Below are positions 33,232 through 43,807 of a stretch of 64,000 nucleotides of DNA, piece by piece. The stretch's first letter is position 1. Every line of letters begins with the position of its first letter. The translations under genes were made by a program, and so were the position numbers. The DNA comes from an uncultured delta proteobacterium (GTDB taxonomy: Bacteria > Desulfobacterota > Binatia > UBA9968), in NCBI GenBank assembly GCA_963847445.1, contig CAWJZV010000027.1, positions 32,001 through 96,000 on the forward strand, written 5' to 3'. The notes under the pieces are model-generated. The model did no database searches. It saw only the letters and a program-made list of their open reading frames with translations, and had not been told where the DNA came from.

Positions 33232-34742
33232 ATGTTAAAGAGGTTTGTTATTGCGCTTGCGCTGGTGCTGCTTACTGGATTTAGAGCGAACGGGGCCGAC
33301 ACGACGCTCCAGCAGATCGCCGACGCGCTGGACGTGTCGACGATGAAAACGTTTCAGTTTACCGGCAACGGCAGGATGTGGCATGTCGGACAGATCGACC
33401 AGCCCGATGGCGGCGTGGCCGAGATATTACGTAAAGAGCTTAACCCGCATGTACGACTTCACCGCGGGAGCGATGCGCGATCAAATGGTCCGCACCCAGG
33501 GCGAGGCGCCGCCCAGCGGCGGCGGCGGTCAGCCGCTTGAGGGCGACCAGCAAATCATCGCTCTTGTCAGCGGCGATCTGGCGTGGAACGAGGCCGGCAA
33601 GAACACGCCGGCTCGGCCGCACGAAGCCAACGCTCGGGCGCATGAGCTGGCGATTTCACCGCATGGACTGCGTACGCGCTGCGTTTGCCAGCAATGCCGC
33701 CGTAACCAAGAAAATGATGGATGGGCGCGAGATGACGGTGATCTCGTTCACCGATCAAGGCAAGCGCAAGATCGTCGCCTATGCCAACGATCAGAATGCC
33801 ATCGAGCGTGTGGAATCTAGCTACGGCCATCCCGTGGTGGGCGATATGAAGGTCGTGACCAACTACGGCCCGTACCGCGACTTTGCCGGCGTCAAGTTTC
33901 CCACCAAGATCGTTCAGTACCAGGACGGTTTGCCGGCTCTGGATATTACGGTGACGGCGGTGCGCGCCAATCCGACTTTCAATGTCGAAGTGCCGGCCAA
34001 CGTGCGCTCCACGCCGACGACGGTGAAGTCCGAAAAGACCGCGGACGGCGTTTGGTTCATCGGCGGCGACTCGCATAATTCCGTTTTGGTCGAGATGAAA
34101 GACTATTTAATCGTCGTCGAAGCACCGTTGGGCGATCACCGCTCGATGGCGGTGATCGCGGAGGTCAAGAAGCTGGTGCCGAGCAAGCCGATCAAGTACT
34201 TGGTCAACACCCATCATCACTTCGATCACTCCGGCGGCATTCGCGCCTACGCGGCGGAAGGAGTGACGATCGTCACTCATGAAGCTCAACCGGCCGTATT
34301 TCGAGCGGGCGGCGTTGAATACTTGGAGTCTCGCTCCGGACCGCTTGGCGAAGTCGAAGAAGAAGCCGGTTTTCCAAACCATGGGCGATAACATGGTGTT
34401 GACCGATGGCGCGCGCTCCGTGGAGCTTTATCAGATCGTCGGCAACGCACACCATGACGGCTTCGTCATGGCGTACCTGCGCAAAGAGAAACTGCTGATC
34501 GAAGCGGACGCTTTCAGTCCTCGCGGCGTGCCCAAAACACCCGATCCATTTACCGTCAACCTGGAAGCCAACGTGCGGCGTCTGAATATCGAAGTGGAGC
34601 GGGTTCTGCCGATCCATGGTTCGGTGGTGCCCTACGTCGAGGTGATGAAAGCGATCGGCAAAGATCCGGCGGCGGCGAAAAAACCACCGGCGGAAAAACC
34701 ACCTGCGGAAAAGGCACCGCCGGCAAAGCACCGGCGAAGTAG
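33232..34742 (+). CDS. Secreted MBL-fold metallo-hydrolase (frameshifted)
   Basis: Signal peptide; NTHHHFDHSGG; NAHHDG; PIHG; Pro/Ala/Lys-rich tail. Confidence 0.85.
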
Positions 34743-34759
34743 TCAGCCTGTAAACGGGC

Positions 34760-34803
34760 AAAGGCGCGAGCGCGGCAATGGGCCGCGTCTCGCGCCTTTT
34801 TTT
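34760..34803 (+). terminator. Intrinsic terminator
   Basis: AAGGCGCGAG..CTCGCGCCTT hairpin followed by a T run. Confidence 0.7.
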
Positions 34804-34877
34804 GTCTTGTAACTTTCCCGCGGCTGACATATGAAGTTGTCGATCCAGGATTTTATTGACAAATCAGGAGGCTGTTT

Positions 34878-36329
34878 ATGTTTACCAGGCTCGTAGCGGC
34901 GCTCGCGCTGGTCGCGCTCATGGGATTCCGCGTGGAGGCTCAGGAGACCGATCTCCAGCGGATCGCCGATGCGCTCGACGTGTCGACGACTAAGACGTTT
35001 CAGTTCACGGCTAATGGCACGATGTATTCCCTCGGCCAGAGCACCAGTCCGGCGGCGGCGTGGCCGAGGCAGTTCGTGAAAAGTTGACGCGGGTTTACGA
35101 TTTCACCGCGGGGGCGATGCGCGATGAAGTCGTGCGCATGGCGGGGGAGACGATCGACCGTCGGACCTGAGGCACGACACGGTCATACGTGGTCAGCGGC
35201 GACCACGCCTGGAACGAGGCCGGCAAGGATATGGTGCCGAGGCTCTGGGAGGCCAATGACCGTGCTCATCAGATTGTGATCTCGCCCCACGGCATACTCC
35301 GCGCGGCGTTTGCCAACAACGCGAGCGGTCACGAAGAAGACTATCGAAGGGCGGCAGATGACTGTTATTTCATTTACCGACCGGGGCAAACACAAGGTGG
35401 TTGCCTACGCCAACGATCAGAACGCCATCGAGTGGGTCGAGTCTTCTTACGGCCATCCGGTCGTCGGCGATATCAAGGTGGTGACCTATTACGGTCCCTA
35501 TCGCGACTTTGCCGGCGTTAAGTTTCCGACCAAGATTATTCAGTATCAGGACGGCAAGCCGACTTTGGATTTGACGGTGACGGCCGTCAGAGCCAATCCG
35601 CCGGTGGATATCGAGGTTCCCGCCAATGTGCGTAGCGATCCGGTGCCGGTGAAATCCGAGAAGGCGGCGGACGGGGTTTGGTACATCACCGGCGGCTCGG
35701 CGTCACAGCGTGCTGATCGAAATGAAAGATTATTTGATCGTCGTCGAAGCGCCGCATGGCGAACGACGTTCGCTGGCGGTGATGGCAGAAGTGAAAAAGC
35801 TGGTGCCGAACAAGCCGATCAAGTATCTGGTCAATACGCACCATCACTTCGACCACTCTTCGCGGCATGCGCGCGTACGCGGCCGAGGGCGTCACGATCG
35901 TCACCCATGAAGTCAACCGGCCGTATTATGAACGCGCGGCGGCTTAATTCTTGGAACTTCGAGCCCGGATCGTCTTGGCGAAGTCGAAGAAGAAGCCGGT
36001 GTTTCAGACCATGGGCGACAACATGGTCTTGACCGACGGCACGCGCTCGGTGGAACTCTATCAGATCATCGGCAACGCGCATCACGATGGCATCGTCATG
36101 GCGTATTTGCGCAAGGAAAAACTTCTGATCGAGGCCGATGTCTTTACTCCGGGTCCGGCGGGCGCGGAGCCGCCCAAGGTTCCCAATCCGTTTTCGGTCA
36201 ACCTGGAAGCCAACGTTCGGCGCTTGAACATCGACGTCGACTCGCATCGTGCCGATTCATGGCCGCATCGTGCCGTACAGCGAGTTGCTCGCCGCCATCG
36301 GCAAGAAGCCGGCGCCGGCGAAGAAGTAG
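34878..36329 (+). CDS. Secreted MBL-fold metallo-hydrolase, tandem paralogue (multiple frameshifts)
   Basis: Highly similar to the upstream gene; NTHHHFDHS. Confidence 0.82.
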
Positions 36330-36340
36330 GTAAACTGCAA

Positions 36341-36419
36341 TTGGAGTGATGGAATGATGGAGTGTCGGAGCGATGGGAATTCGCAAACCCAGTACTCCAT
36401 CACTCCATTCCACTCCAAT
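36341..36419. repeat. TGGAGT/ACTCCA inverted short-period array
   Basis: TTGGAGTGATGGAATGATGGAGTG..TACTCCATCACTCCATTCCACTCCAA; related copy at 25673-25752. Confidence 0.75.
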
Positions 36420-36452
36420 GCCCTGGCTCCTCTTTCACCTTTTCCAACTTCG

Positions 36453-37484
36453 ATGAAAAATATCATTGCCAGTCTCACGTTTCTTCTCTTAACGCACGGC
36501 AACGCCGGGGCGCAGACGCCGTACTATCAAGGCAAGACCTTGCGCATCTTTGTCGGCTACCAAGCCGGCGACACCCATGATCTGTGGTCGCGCGCCTACG
36601 CGCGCCATATGGGCAAGCATATCCCCGGCAATCCGTCCTTGGTGGTGCAGAACATGCCGGGCGCCGGGTCGATGGTGGCGGCCAATCACGTTTATAGTGT
36701 CGCCAAGCCGGACGGCCTGACCTTAGGCTCCATCGCTCCCGGTCTTTACCTGCCGCAACTCACCGGCAGCAAAGAGGTCAAATTCGATTGGGCGAAATTC
36801 TCCTGGATTGGCACCCCCGAGCATAATGGCACCTTGTTGTTCATGCGCGCCGACGCGCCGTTCAAATCCATCGAGGACATTCGCAAGGCGAAGGATGGGC
36901 CTAAGTGTTCGGCCACGGGAGTGGGCACCAGCGGCCATCTGATTCCGCGCTTGCTCGAAGAGACGCTGAATTTGAAATTTCAAATCGTCACCGGTTATCC
37001 CGGCGGCTCCGATCAAGACTTGGCGCTCGAGCGGGGCGAAGTGCAGTGCCGCGCGATCACGGTGGCGGCCTATTTCGGGCGCGAGCCGTTTATCAGTTGG
37101 TACAAAAAGGGCTTCGTGCGCATCTTGATTCAAACTTCGCGCAAGCGCCATCCGAAGATCCCCGAAGTGCCGACGCTTTGGGAGATCATGGAGAAAGAAA
37201 AAGTTGCCGAAGCCAACCGCCGCTTAGCCGTCGTCGCTCTTGGCTCCGGTGGCTTCGGTTCCTGGCCGATCGTATCCACGCCTGGAATACCGGCTGATCG
37301 CTTGAAGATTCTGCGCGAGGCCTATGCTAAGACACTGCAAGAGCCGGATCTCCTGGACGAAGCGAAAAAGCGCGGTTGGGAACTGCGTCCGGTCGGTGGC
37401 GAAGATCTCGCGACCCTGGCCAAGGAAGTGAGCGCGCAACCGGCCGACGTGGTCGAGCGTATGAAGAAGCTGATGGGCGGATGA
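36453..37484 (+). CDS. Bug/TctC-family substrate-binding protein
   Basis: YYQGKTL, VQNMPGAG, AKPDGLT, VTGYPG, ERGEV. Confidence 0.9.
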   Translation: MKNIIASLTFLLLTHGNAGAQTPYYQGKTLRIFVGYQAGDTHDLWSRAYARHMGKHIPGNPSLVVQNMPGAGSMVAANHVYSVAKPDGLTLGSIAPGLYLPQLTGSKEVKFDWAKFSWIGTPEHNGTLLFMRADAPFKSIEDIRKAKDGPKCSATGVGTSGHLIPRLLEETLNLKFQIVTGYPGGSDQDLALERGEVQCRAITVAAYFGREPFISWYKKGFVRILIQTSRKRHPKIPEVPTLWEIMEKEKVAEANRRLAVVALGSGGFGSWPIVSTPGIPADRLKILREAYAKTLQEPDLLDEAKKRGWELRPVGGEDLATLAKEVSAQPADVVERMKKLMGG

Positions 37485-37621
37485 GATGGGCAGGAGGCGT
37501 GAGTTGCCGAGGAGCGCATAGGAAACCAGCGGATTCTCAGCTAGCGCCCAACGTAAACTTGTGAACCTTCACGAGGTCCAATATTATAAATACATAGTAT
37601 TGACCCGTGGGAGAGAGAGTC

Positions 37622-37819
37622 ATGAAAACTTCTTCGTTGCGAAAGAAACACGTGCAAATAGATCAGCGCAAGCTCAACCGCGCGTTGCGTATACTAAAAG
37701 TACGTACGGTAACTGAAGCATTGGATGGCGCGCTCAGCGTCGTTGTCAGCGAGGATAAAATAAACACTGCGTTACGAAAAGTCCGGGGCAAAGGGCGCAT
37801 TCGAAAAGTCTTCGAATAA
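37622..37819 (+). CDS. VapB-like antitoxin
   Basis: Small basic protein (IDQRKL..A..IL...T.TEALD.AL) 1 nt upstream of the PIN gene. Confidence 0.7.
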   Translation: MKTSSLRKKHVQIDQRKLNRALRILKVRTVTEALDGALSVVVSEDKINTALRKVRGKGRIRKVFE

Positions 37820-37820
37820 A

Positions 37821-38258
37821 ATGCAGCGGGTAGTTATCGACACCAATATCTACATCGATTGGCTTAACGAAGGCCGACATGAAGACATTATTTTTCAGAG
37901 AGAGATAGTCAAGCATCTTAGCGCGGTGGTGCTGATGGAGTTGTTGGCGGGAGCGTTTTCCATCCGCGACCGTAGACTTATTCGCGACTTCACCCTCCCT
38001 TTCGCCAAAGCCAACCGAATGGTTACGCCGACAGTTTTGATTTATCAGGAGGCCGGCGATGTGTTACGACGGCTTCAACGTGTGCGCGGTTACTCCATCC
38101 CTAGGGTTTACGGTCTCGTGAATGATGTGCTCATTGCGCTGTCGGCTCGCTCGATTGGCGCGAGTGTGATCACCCAAAACGAACGCGACTTTTTGGCTAT
38201 TCAATCAGTGCGGCCGTTTAAGCTGGTGGTGCAGCCGTCGACCAGCGGAGCAAATTAA
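37821..38258 (+). CDS. vapC: PIN-domain VapC toxin
   Basis: VIDTNIYID, VVLMELLAG, NDVLIA, TQNERDF. Confidence 0.88.
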   Translation: MQRVVIDTNIYIDWLNEGRHEDIIFQREIVKHLSAVVLMELLAGAFSIRDRRLIRDFTLPFAKANRMVTPTVLIYQEAGDVLRRLQRVRGYSIPRVYGLVNDVLIALSARSIGASVITQNERDFLAIQSVRPFKLVVQPSTSGAN

Positions 38259-38302
38259 TGGTGACTTGCTTGGTGGCAAGCAATCCTGATTAAGGGGACG
38301 TC

Positions 38303-39331
38303 ATGAAAAAGCTTTTTTTTAGCTTCGTGCTGATAGTTTTATCGCTCGGCAATGCCGGCGCCCAGGCGCCGTTCTATCAGAATAAGACCGTGACCATCGT
38401 CGTCGGCTACCTGGCGGGCGATGGCTATGATATCTGGGCGCGGCTCTTGGCGGCGCATATGGGCAAGCATATTCCGGGCAATCCTAACTTCGTGGTGAAT
38501 AACATGCCCGGCGCCGGGTCGATGATCGCGGCTAACAATATTTACAACGTCGCCAAGCCGGACGGTCTGACGATGGCGGCCATCGGGCCGTCGCTGTATC
38601 TCGATCAGGTGATCGGCAAGAAAGAAGTGCAATTCGATTGGGCCAAATTCGGTTGGGTCGGCTCGACGGAGAATACCCCATGGCTGTTCTACATGAGCAC
38701 GAACACGCCGTTCAAAACCATCGACGATGTGCGCAAGGCCAAGGAAGCGCCCAAGTGTTCGGCCACCAGCAGCGGCACCAGCGGCCATTTCATTCCTAAG
38801 CTACTCGAGGAGGCGATGGGGGCAAAATTCACCGTCGTCATGGGCTATCAGGGCGGTTCGGAACAGGATTTAGCCTTCGAGCGTGGCGAGGTGGTTTGCC
38901 GCGCGCTCAGCATCCCGACTTTTTTCGCGCGTGAGCCGTTTACCACCTGGCGCAAGAAAAATATGGTGCGCATCCTGTTGCAGACCGGCCGCAAGCGCGA
39001 TGCCAAGATGCCCGACGTGCCGACGATCCATGAGTTGATGACGGAGTACAAGACGCCGGCTTCGACTCGGGCTCTGGTCATGGCGATCCTGGCCTCCGGC
39101 GATCTCGGCCGACCGTTTGTCACGCCGCCGGGGCTTCCCGCTGAACGTTTAAAAATCCTGCGCGAAGCCTTTCGCAAGACCATGGCCGACCCTGGGTTCT
39201 TGGCCGACGTCAAAGCGCGCAAGTTAGAGATCGACCCCGACTATGGCGAACAGTTGGAAGCCCTGGCCAAAGAGATCGTCTCCCAGCCGCGCGAGATTTC
39301 CGATCGCATGAAGAAACTGCTATCTGAGTAG
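38303..39331 (+). CDS. Bug/TctC-family substrate-binding protein
   Basis: FYQNKTV, NMPGAG, AKPDGLT, GRPFVTPPG. Confidence 0.9.
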   Translation: MKKLFFSFVLIVLSLGNAGAQAPFYQNKTVTIVVGYLAGDGYDIWARLLAAHMGKHIPGNPNFVVNNMPGAGSMIAANNIYNVAKPDGLTMAAIGPSLYLDQVIGKKEVQFDWAKFGWVGSTENTPWLFYMSTNTPFKTIDDVRKAKEAPKCSATSSGTSGHFIPKLLEEAMGAKFTVVMGYQGGSEQDLAFERGEVVCRALSIPTFFAREPFTTWRKKNMVRILLQTGRKRDAKMPDVPTIHELMTEYKTPASTRALVMAILASGDLGRPFVTPPGLPAERLKILREAFRKTMADPGFLADVKARKLEIDPDYGEQLEALAKEIVSQPREISDRMKKLLSE

Positions 39332-39442
39332 CCCGCTAGATGGTGGCACGTGCGCTCCAAACTGTTCGGCCTTCTGGGCGACAGTCTTAAGACAACTTAC
39401 CTGTGGCTGTCAGTTTGGTCTGAGTGGCGCCGTTTCGGCGGG
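39332..39442 (+). other. 111-nt unbranched imperfect hairpin (candidate structured RNA or ssDNA site)
   Basis: Stacked stems CCCGCT/GGCGGG, AGATGGTGGCAC/GTGGCGCCGTTT, CCAAACTG/CAGTTTGG, CGGCC/GGCTG with apical palindrome GTCTTAAGAC. Confidence 0.5.
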
Positions 39443-39595
39443 TCTGCTAATCACTGCTAATTGTTTTTGTCCGGCCGCCATTTGAGATCGTGGCGAACGC
39501 GCCGGCTAAAAACTTGCCGGTCATGTCTGGCGGGAAATTTCCAATATGTTAGCTGTGGGAGAAACGATGCCATCTAGTCTGTGGAGAGTTCGCCC

Positions 39596-40087
39596 ATGTC
39601 GCAAGTGAAGTGTCCGAGTTGTTCCCGCGAGTTTGTCCGGCGCGTTGTCAGAGCCGGCCTGAAGGATCGGCTGGCGGGCTGGTTTTTCATTTATCCCTTC
39701 AAGTGCCAGATTTGCGGCTTGCGCTTTCGTTCACTTAAGTGGGGCGTGCGCTACCTCCGGCTGCGCCCGGACCATCGCGAATATGACCGGATGGGGATGA
39801 ATTTCCCGGTGCTGTTTCGCGGCGATCAGTTTGACGGCGTCGGCAGCGTGACGGATATTTCCATGGGCGGCTGTAGCTTCACCACGGCGAGCAAACTCAC
39901 CAAGCGCGCGATCATGCGGCTGGAACTCAAGGTGTCCGAGGAGGCCGCGCCGGTGATTGTCGAGCTCGCGGTGCTGCGCCATTGGCACAATCAACTCGCC
40001 GGTGTCGAGTTTCTGCGCTGCGATGAAAAAGAGCGTGAGCGCTTGCAGCTCTTCGTTCACGGTTTGCTGATCGGACGAAGATCGTAA
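39596..40087 (+). CDS. PilZ-domain protein with N-terminal zinc ribbon
   Basis: CPSC..CQIC; RxxxR (REYDR) and DxSxxG (DISMGG) c-di-GMP motifs. Confidence 0.85.
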   Translation: MSQVKCPSCSREFVRRVVRAGLKDRLAGWFFIYPFKCQICGLRFRSLKWGVRYLRLRPDHREYDRMGMNFPVLFRGDQFDGVGSVTDISMGGCSFTTASKLTKRAIMRLELKVSEEAAPVIVELAVLRHWHNQLAGVEFLRCDEKERERLQLFVHGLLIGRRS

Positions 40088-40091
40088 AAAC

Positions 40092-42039
40092 CTATTGAAT
40101 AGCTTCTCTCACTGCCGGGGCTCTGCGCCGCCGGTACTGTAAAATCCCAGCCATGCCAAATAGGCCGATGCCGATTACATCTTGTATGAGGCTCGGATAG
40201 ACCAGCACCAGCCCGGCGGCGATCAGGATTGCCCGTTCGGCTATTGTGGTTTTGACCAGCAACCAGCCGGTCAGGCCGGCGGCGAGGGCGGCGAGGCCGG
40301 CCGCCGCGGTGGCGGTGGTCCACAGGATATTGCTCCATTCGCCCTTCAACAGTAAGCCGATGCCGTCGGGATGAAGCGTGAACATGAACGGCACGAGGAA
40401 CGCCGGCGCGGTGTATTTCCACGCCATCATGGTCGTCTTGTATGGGCTGCCGCCGGTGATCGCCGCGGCGGCAAAGGGCGACAGCGCCGTGGGCGGCGAG
40501 ACCTCCGAGAGCACGGCATAGTAAAAAATAAACATATGCGCGGCGTACTCGGGGATGCCCAACTTGATCATTGCCGGCGCGGTAATCACGGCGGCGATGA
40601 TATACGACGCCGTCACCGGCACGGCGAGGCCCAAGAGCCACAATGACAATGCGGTATAGAGGACGGTGAGGAACAGATTGTTGCCGGCGAGGGTGAGGAT
40701 GATCAGGGAAAACTTTAGGCCGAGGCCGGTAAGCGTGACGACGCCGACGATGATGCCGGCGGTGGCGCAGGTGGAGGCCACCGACAAGACATCGACGGTG
40801 CCCTTTTCGAACAGCCGCCAGATTTTTGCCGGCGTGAGCGCGGTGTCGCGCCGAATGTAGCTCAACGCGATGCCGAGGACGATGGCATAGGCCGACCGAA
40901 AGAATCGCGGTATAGCCCCACAGCATGAAGCCGACGATGGCGATCAACGACAAGAAGTGAAAGCCGTATTTGCGCGTCAGACTCCACATGCTATCGCCCT
41001 CGACGGCGATCGGTATGGCGCCGAATTTTCTCGCGTCGAGTTCGACCATGGTGAAGATCGACCAGTAATAGAGCAGCGTCGGAATCGCCGCCATGGCGAG
41101 CACGTCGAGGTAGGAAATCTTGAGAAACTCGGCGATGAGAAACGCCGCGGCGCCCAGTACCGGCGGCGAGATGATCGCGCCAATGCCGCCGGCGGACAGC
41201 AGCCCGCCGGCCGAGTCCTTGTCGTAGCCGGCTTTGGCGAGCAGCGGCCAGGCAACGGAACCCAGGGTCACGGTGGTCGCCACGCCGGAACCGGAAGGTC
41301 CACCGAGTAAGAACGATGCGAGCGTGACCGTGCGCCCGGCGGCGGCGGGTTTGCCGCCGGTGGCGGCTAGGGAAAAATTCACGTAGAACTCACCGGCTTT
41401 GGAAAACTCCAACACCGCGCCATAGATCGTGAAGAGAATAATAAACGTCGCGGCGACGTCGAGGGGCACGCCGAAGATGCCTTCGAGGGTGATGTACATA
41501 TGACCGACCAGGCGGTCAAGCTGGTAACCTTGATGGGTCCACGGCGGCGGTAAATAGGCGCCGAAACTGGCATAGGCGAGAAAACCGATGGCAACCACAG
41601 GCAGTACCCAGCCGGTGGTGCGCCGGGTCGCTTCGAAAACCAAGAGCATGGTGAGGGCGCCAAAAATCTGATCCATCTGGGTCGGCAGGGCGGCGCGGTA
41701 AATAAACTCTTCGAAATCCCACAGCGGGTAGGCGACGACGGCGATGCTGGCGAGCGCCAGGAGCCAGTCATGCCAGGGAATCCAGGTACTATTGGCGCTG
41801 CGATGGGTCGGATAGATTAGGAAAGAAAGCGTCAGTGCGAGGCCGAGGAAAACCAGCCGCAACACTTGCGCGGTGACGCTCGCCCACGCCCAGTAGAGAA
41901 ATACCAGCGACATGCCGACGGCCAGCGCCGACGTGATTTTGCCGATGGCGCCGGTCAAATGGCGCCGCGGTCCTGCCTCTTGCTCGATGAATCGCTGCGC
42001 CGCCTCGAGGTGAGATGGGTCGATGGAACCTTCAGCCAT
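40092..42039 (-). CDS. TRAP transporter fused 4TM/12TM permease (TAXI type), frameshift ~40890
   Basis: EATRR..G, EGIFGVP, SGSGVATT, PPVLGAAAF, EVSPPTAL. Confidence 0.9.
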
Positions 42040-42781
42040 GGGCGCTGCTTTTGCAGGATGCGACGGTCAATCGCAGCGCGCCGGTCGGTCGGATCGTAAG
42101 CGGTTTGGAGTCGTAACGACGATCGAAATAAAGAGCCATGGCGGCGTCGGCGCTGATGTTTAGGTTGAGCGAGGGCAGCAGCACCGGCGGCGGGTTGACT
42201 ACCCACGCGCCGTTTTCGAGGTCGGCATTCTCATAGCCGTAGAAATCCACCAAGCGCGCTTCGCTGTAGCGTAGTTGAGTCAATTGAAAACCGTCGCGCC
42301 GCAGCGAAAACACTTCTTCGACTTGGCTGCCGTAGATCGAGTGGCGGAAACTGAGGCGCATGGCGCCGCCGAGATCCATGGGTACGCTACGTTGTCCGCC
42401 CGTGTCGCTCGTTAGCTCAACGCAGATCGATTGAGTTTTGTCCGATGTCCAGGCTTCGAACGGCGAGTCTGAGAATTGCGGCGGTGTCTGCATCGCCGCT
42501 TTGAAGAAGAGACGTGACGCGATGGGGCGATTTGCCTTGGACGTCATCCGAGCTGCAGCAGAGATTTGCTGTCTGCTACTTACAAAGACGATTCCTCGGC
42601 TGCGCCTCGAATGCCAGTTCGACACAGTTCCAATGGGGAGTAGGCGAATTCCAGGCGACGATTGTGCTCGGCGAATATTTTGCGGCTGGCTGTTGCTCGC
42701 CGGATAAATCACCGCAACCAAGGCGCAGAGCGCGATGCCGCAGGCTGAACTGCTCCGCCTGAATGTCGCCGGTGGGATCAT
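42032..42781 (-). CDS. DUF1850-like protein of TAXI operon
   Basis: LSFRHSIYGSQVEEVF motif; lies between the receptor and permease genes and overlaps both; start uncertain. Confidence 0.65.
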   Translation of the reverse strand: MIPPATFRRSSSACGIALCALVAVIYPASNSQPQNIRRAQSSPGIRLLPIGTVSNWHSRRSRGIVFVSSRQQISAAARMTSKANRPIASRLFFKAAMQTPPQFSDSPFEAWTSDKTQSICVELTSDTGGQRSVPMDLGGAMRLSFRHSIYGSQVEEVFSLRRDGFQLTQLRYSEARLVDFYGYENADLENGAWVVNPPPVLLPSLNLNISADAAMALYFDRRYDSKPLTIRPTGALRLTVASCKSSAHG

Positions 42782-43779
42782 TTGCTCGCTGTCGGCACCT
42801 TGATGCCCTTTTCTTTGTAGTAGCGCAGCGCGCCCGGGTGAAACGGGATCGGCGAGCCGATGACGGCATTTTTCAAACTCATCTCGCTGGCGGCTTTGTG
42901 CACGGCGACTAGATCGGCGGTGTGTTCAAGCAAGAGCTTGGTGATCTGGTAGGCGAGATTTTCGTCGAGTTTTTCGTTGGCGATCAACAGATTGGTCGCC
43001 GCGGCCACCGGGGTATCCTCATCGATGCCTTTGTACAGACCCTTGGGGATATTGCTGGTGAAATAGAGCGGGCCGTACTTCGCGACCATTTTAGGAATCG
43101 CGTCGCCGTGAGGAATCATGTGGATTTTGATTCCCGGGGTCGCGGCTAAGTCGAGCACCGCGCCGGTGGGCAGACCGCCGTCCCAGAAGAACGCGTCGAT
43201 CTTACGGTCTTTGAGAGCGCCGGCGGACTCACCGGCGCCGAGCCGTTCCTGGTTCTTCAGGTCTTTTGGCGTGAGGCCGTACGCTTCGAGCACGCGCAGC
43301 CCTTTGACTTCGACACCGGAGCCGGGCGCGCCGGTGGACACGCGCTTGCCTTTGAGGTCGGCGACCGACTTGATACCGCTCCCGTCAGCGGCGACGATAT
43401 GCATGAAATTTGAGTAGAGCGCCATCAAAGCGCGAATATTCGCCTTTTGCGGCAGTCCCTTGATAACGCCGCTGAAGCCGTCCCAAGCGGTGTCAGGCAG
43501 CGAAAAAGCCAAGCCGACGCGGTTGCCGTGCAGCAGTTTGACATTATCCACCGACGCGGTGGTGACCTCCGCCGTCGCTTCGGTGTTGGGAATATTCTTC
43601 GAAATCAGCGCGGCCATGCCGCCGCCGAGCGGATAATAGACGCCGCCGGTACCGCCGGTGGCGATGGAGATCCGATTCTTCACCTGGGCGTGAGTCAAAT
43701 TCGGAATCACGGTAAGCAGCGCGATGGCTAATTGCGCGAGGATCATCACAAGGGTTCTAAACATGGAACTCGCTTTCAT
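42778..43779 (-). CDS. TAXI-family TRAP solute-binding receptor
   Basis: IATGGTGGVYYPLG, DLKGKRVSTGAPGSG, PFHPGALRYY. Confidence 0.93.
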   Translation of the reverse strand: MKASSMFRTLVMILAQLAIALLTVIPNLTHAQVKNRISIATGGTGGVYYPLGGGMAALISKNIPNTEATAEVTTASVDNVKLLHGNRVGLAFSLPDTAWDGFSGVIKGLPQKANIRALMALYSNFMHIVAADGSGIKSVADLKGKRVSTGAPGSGVEVKGLRVLEAYGLTPKDLKNQERLGAGESAGALKDRKIDAFFWDGGLPTGAVLDLAATPGIKIHMIPHGDAIPKMVAKYGPLYFTSNIPKGLYKGIDEDTPVAAATNLLIANEKLDENLAYQITKLLLEHTADLVAVHKAASEMSLKNAVIGSPIPFHPGALRYYKEKGIKVPTASK

Positions 43780-43807
43780 CGTTGGAATGGAAGATTTGCA
43801 GTCATCA

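Noticed and set aside
35085-35087. TGA in the MBL paralogue as selenocysteine
   Set aside because: The paralogue reads KSLTRMY here and homology continues in another frame, so this is a one-base deletion at a non-Cys position
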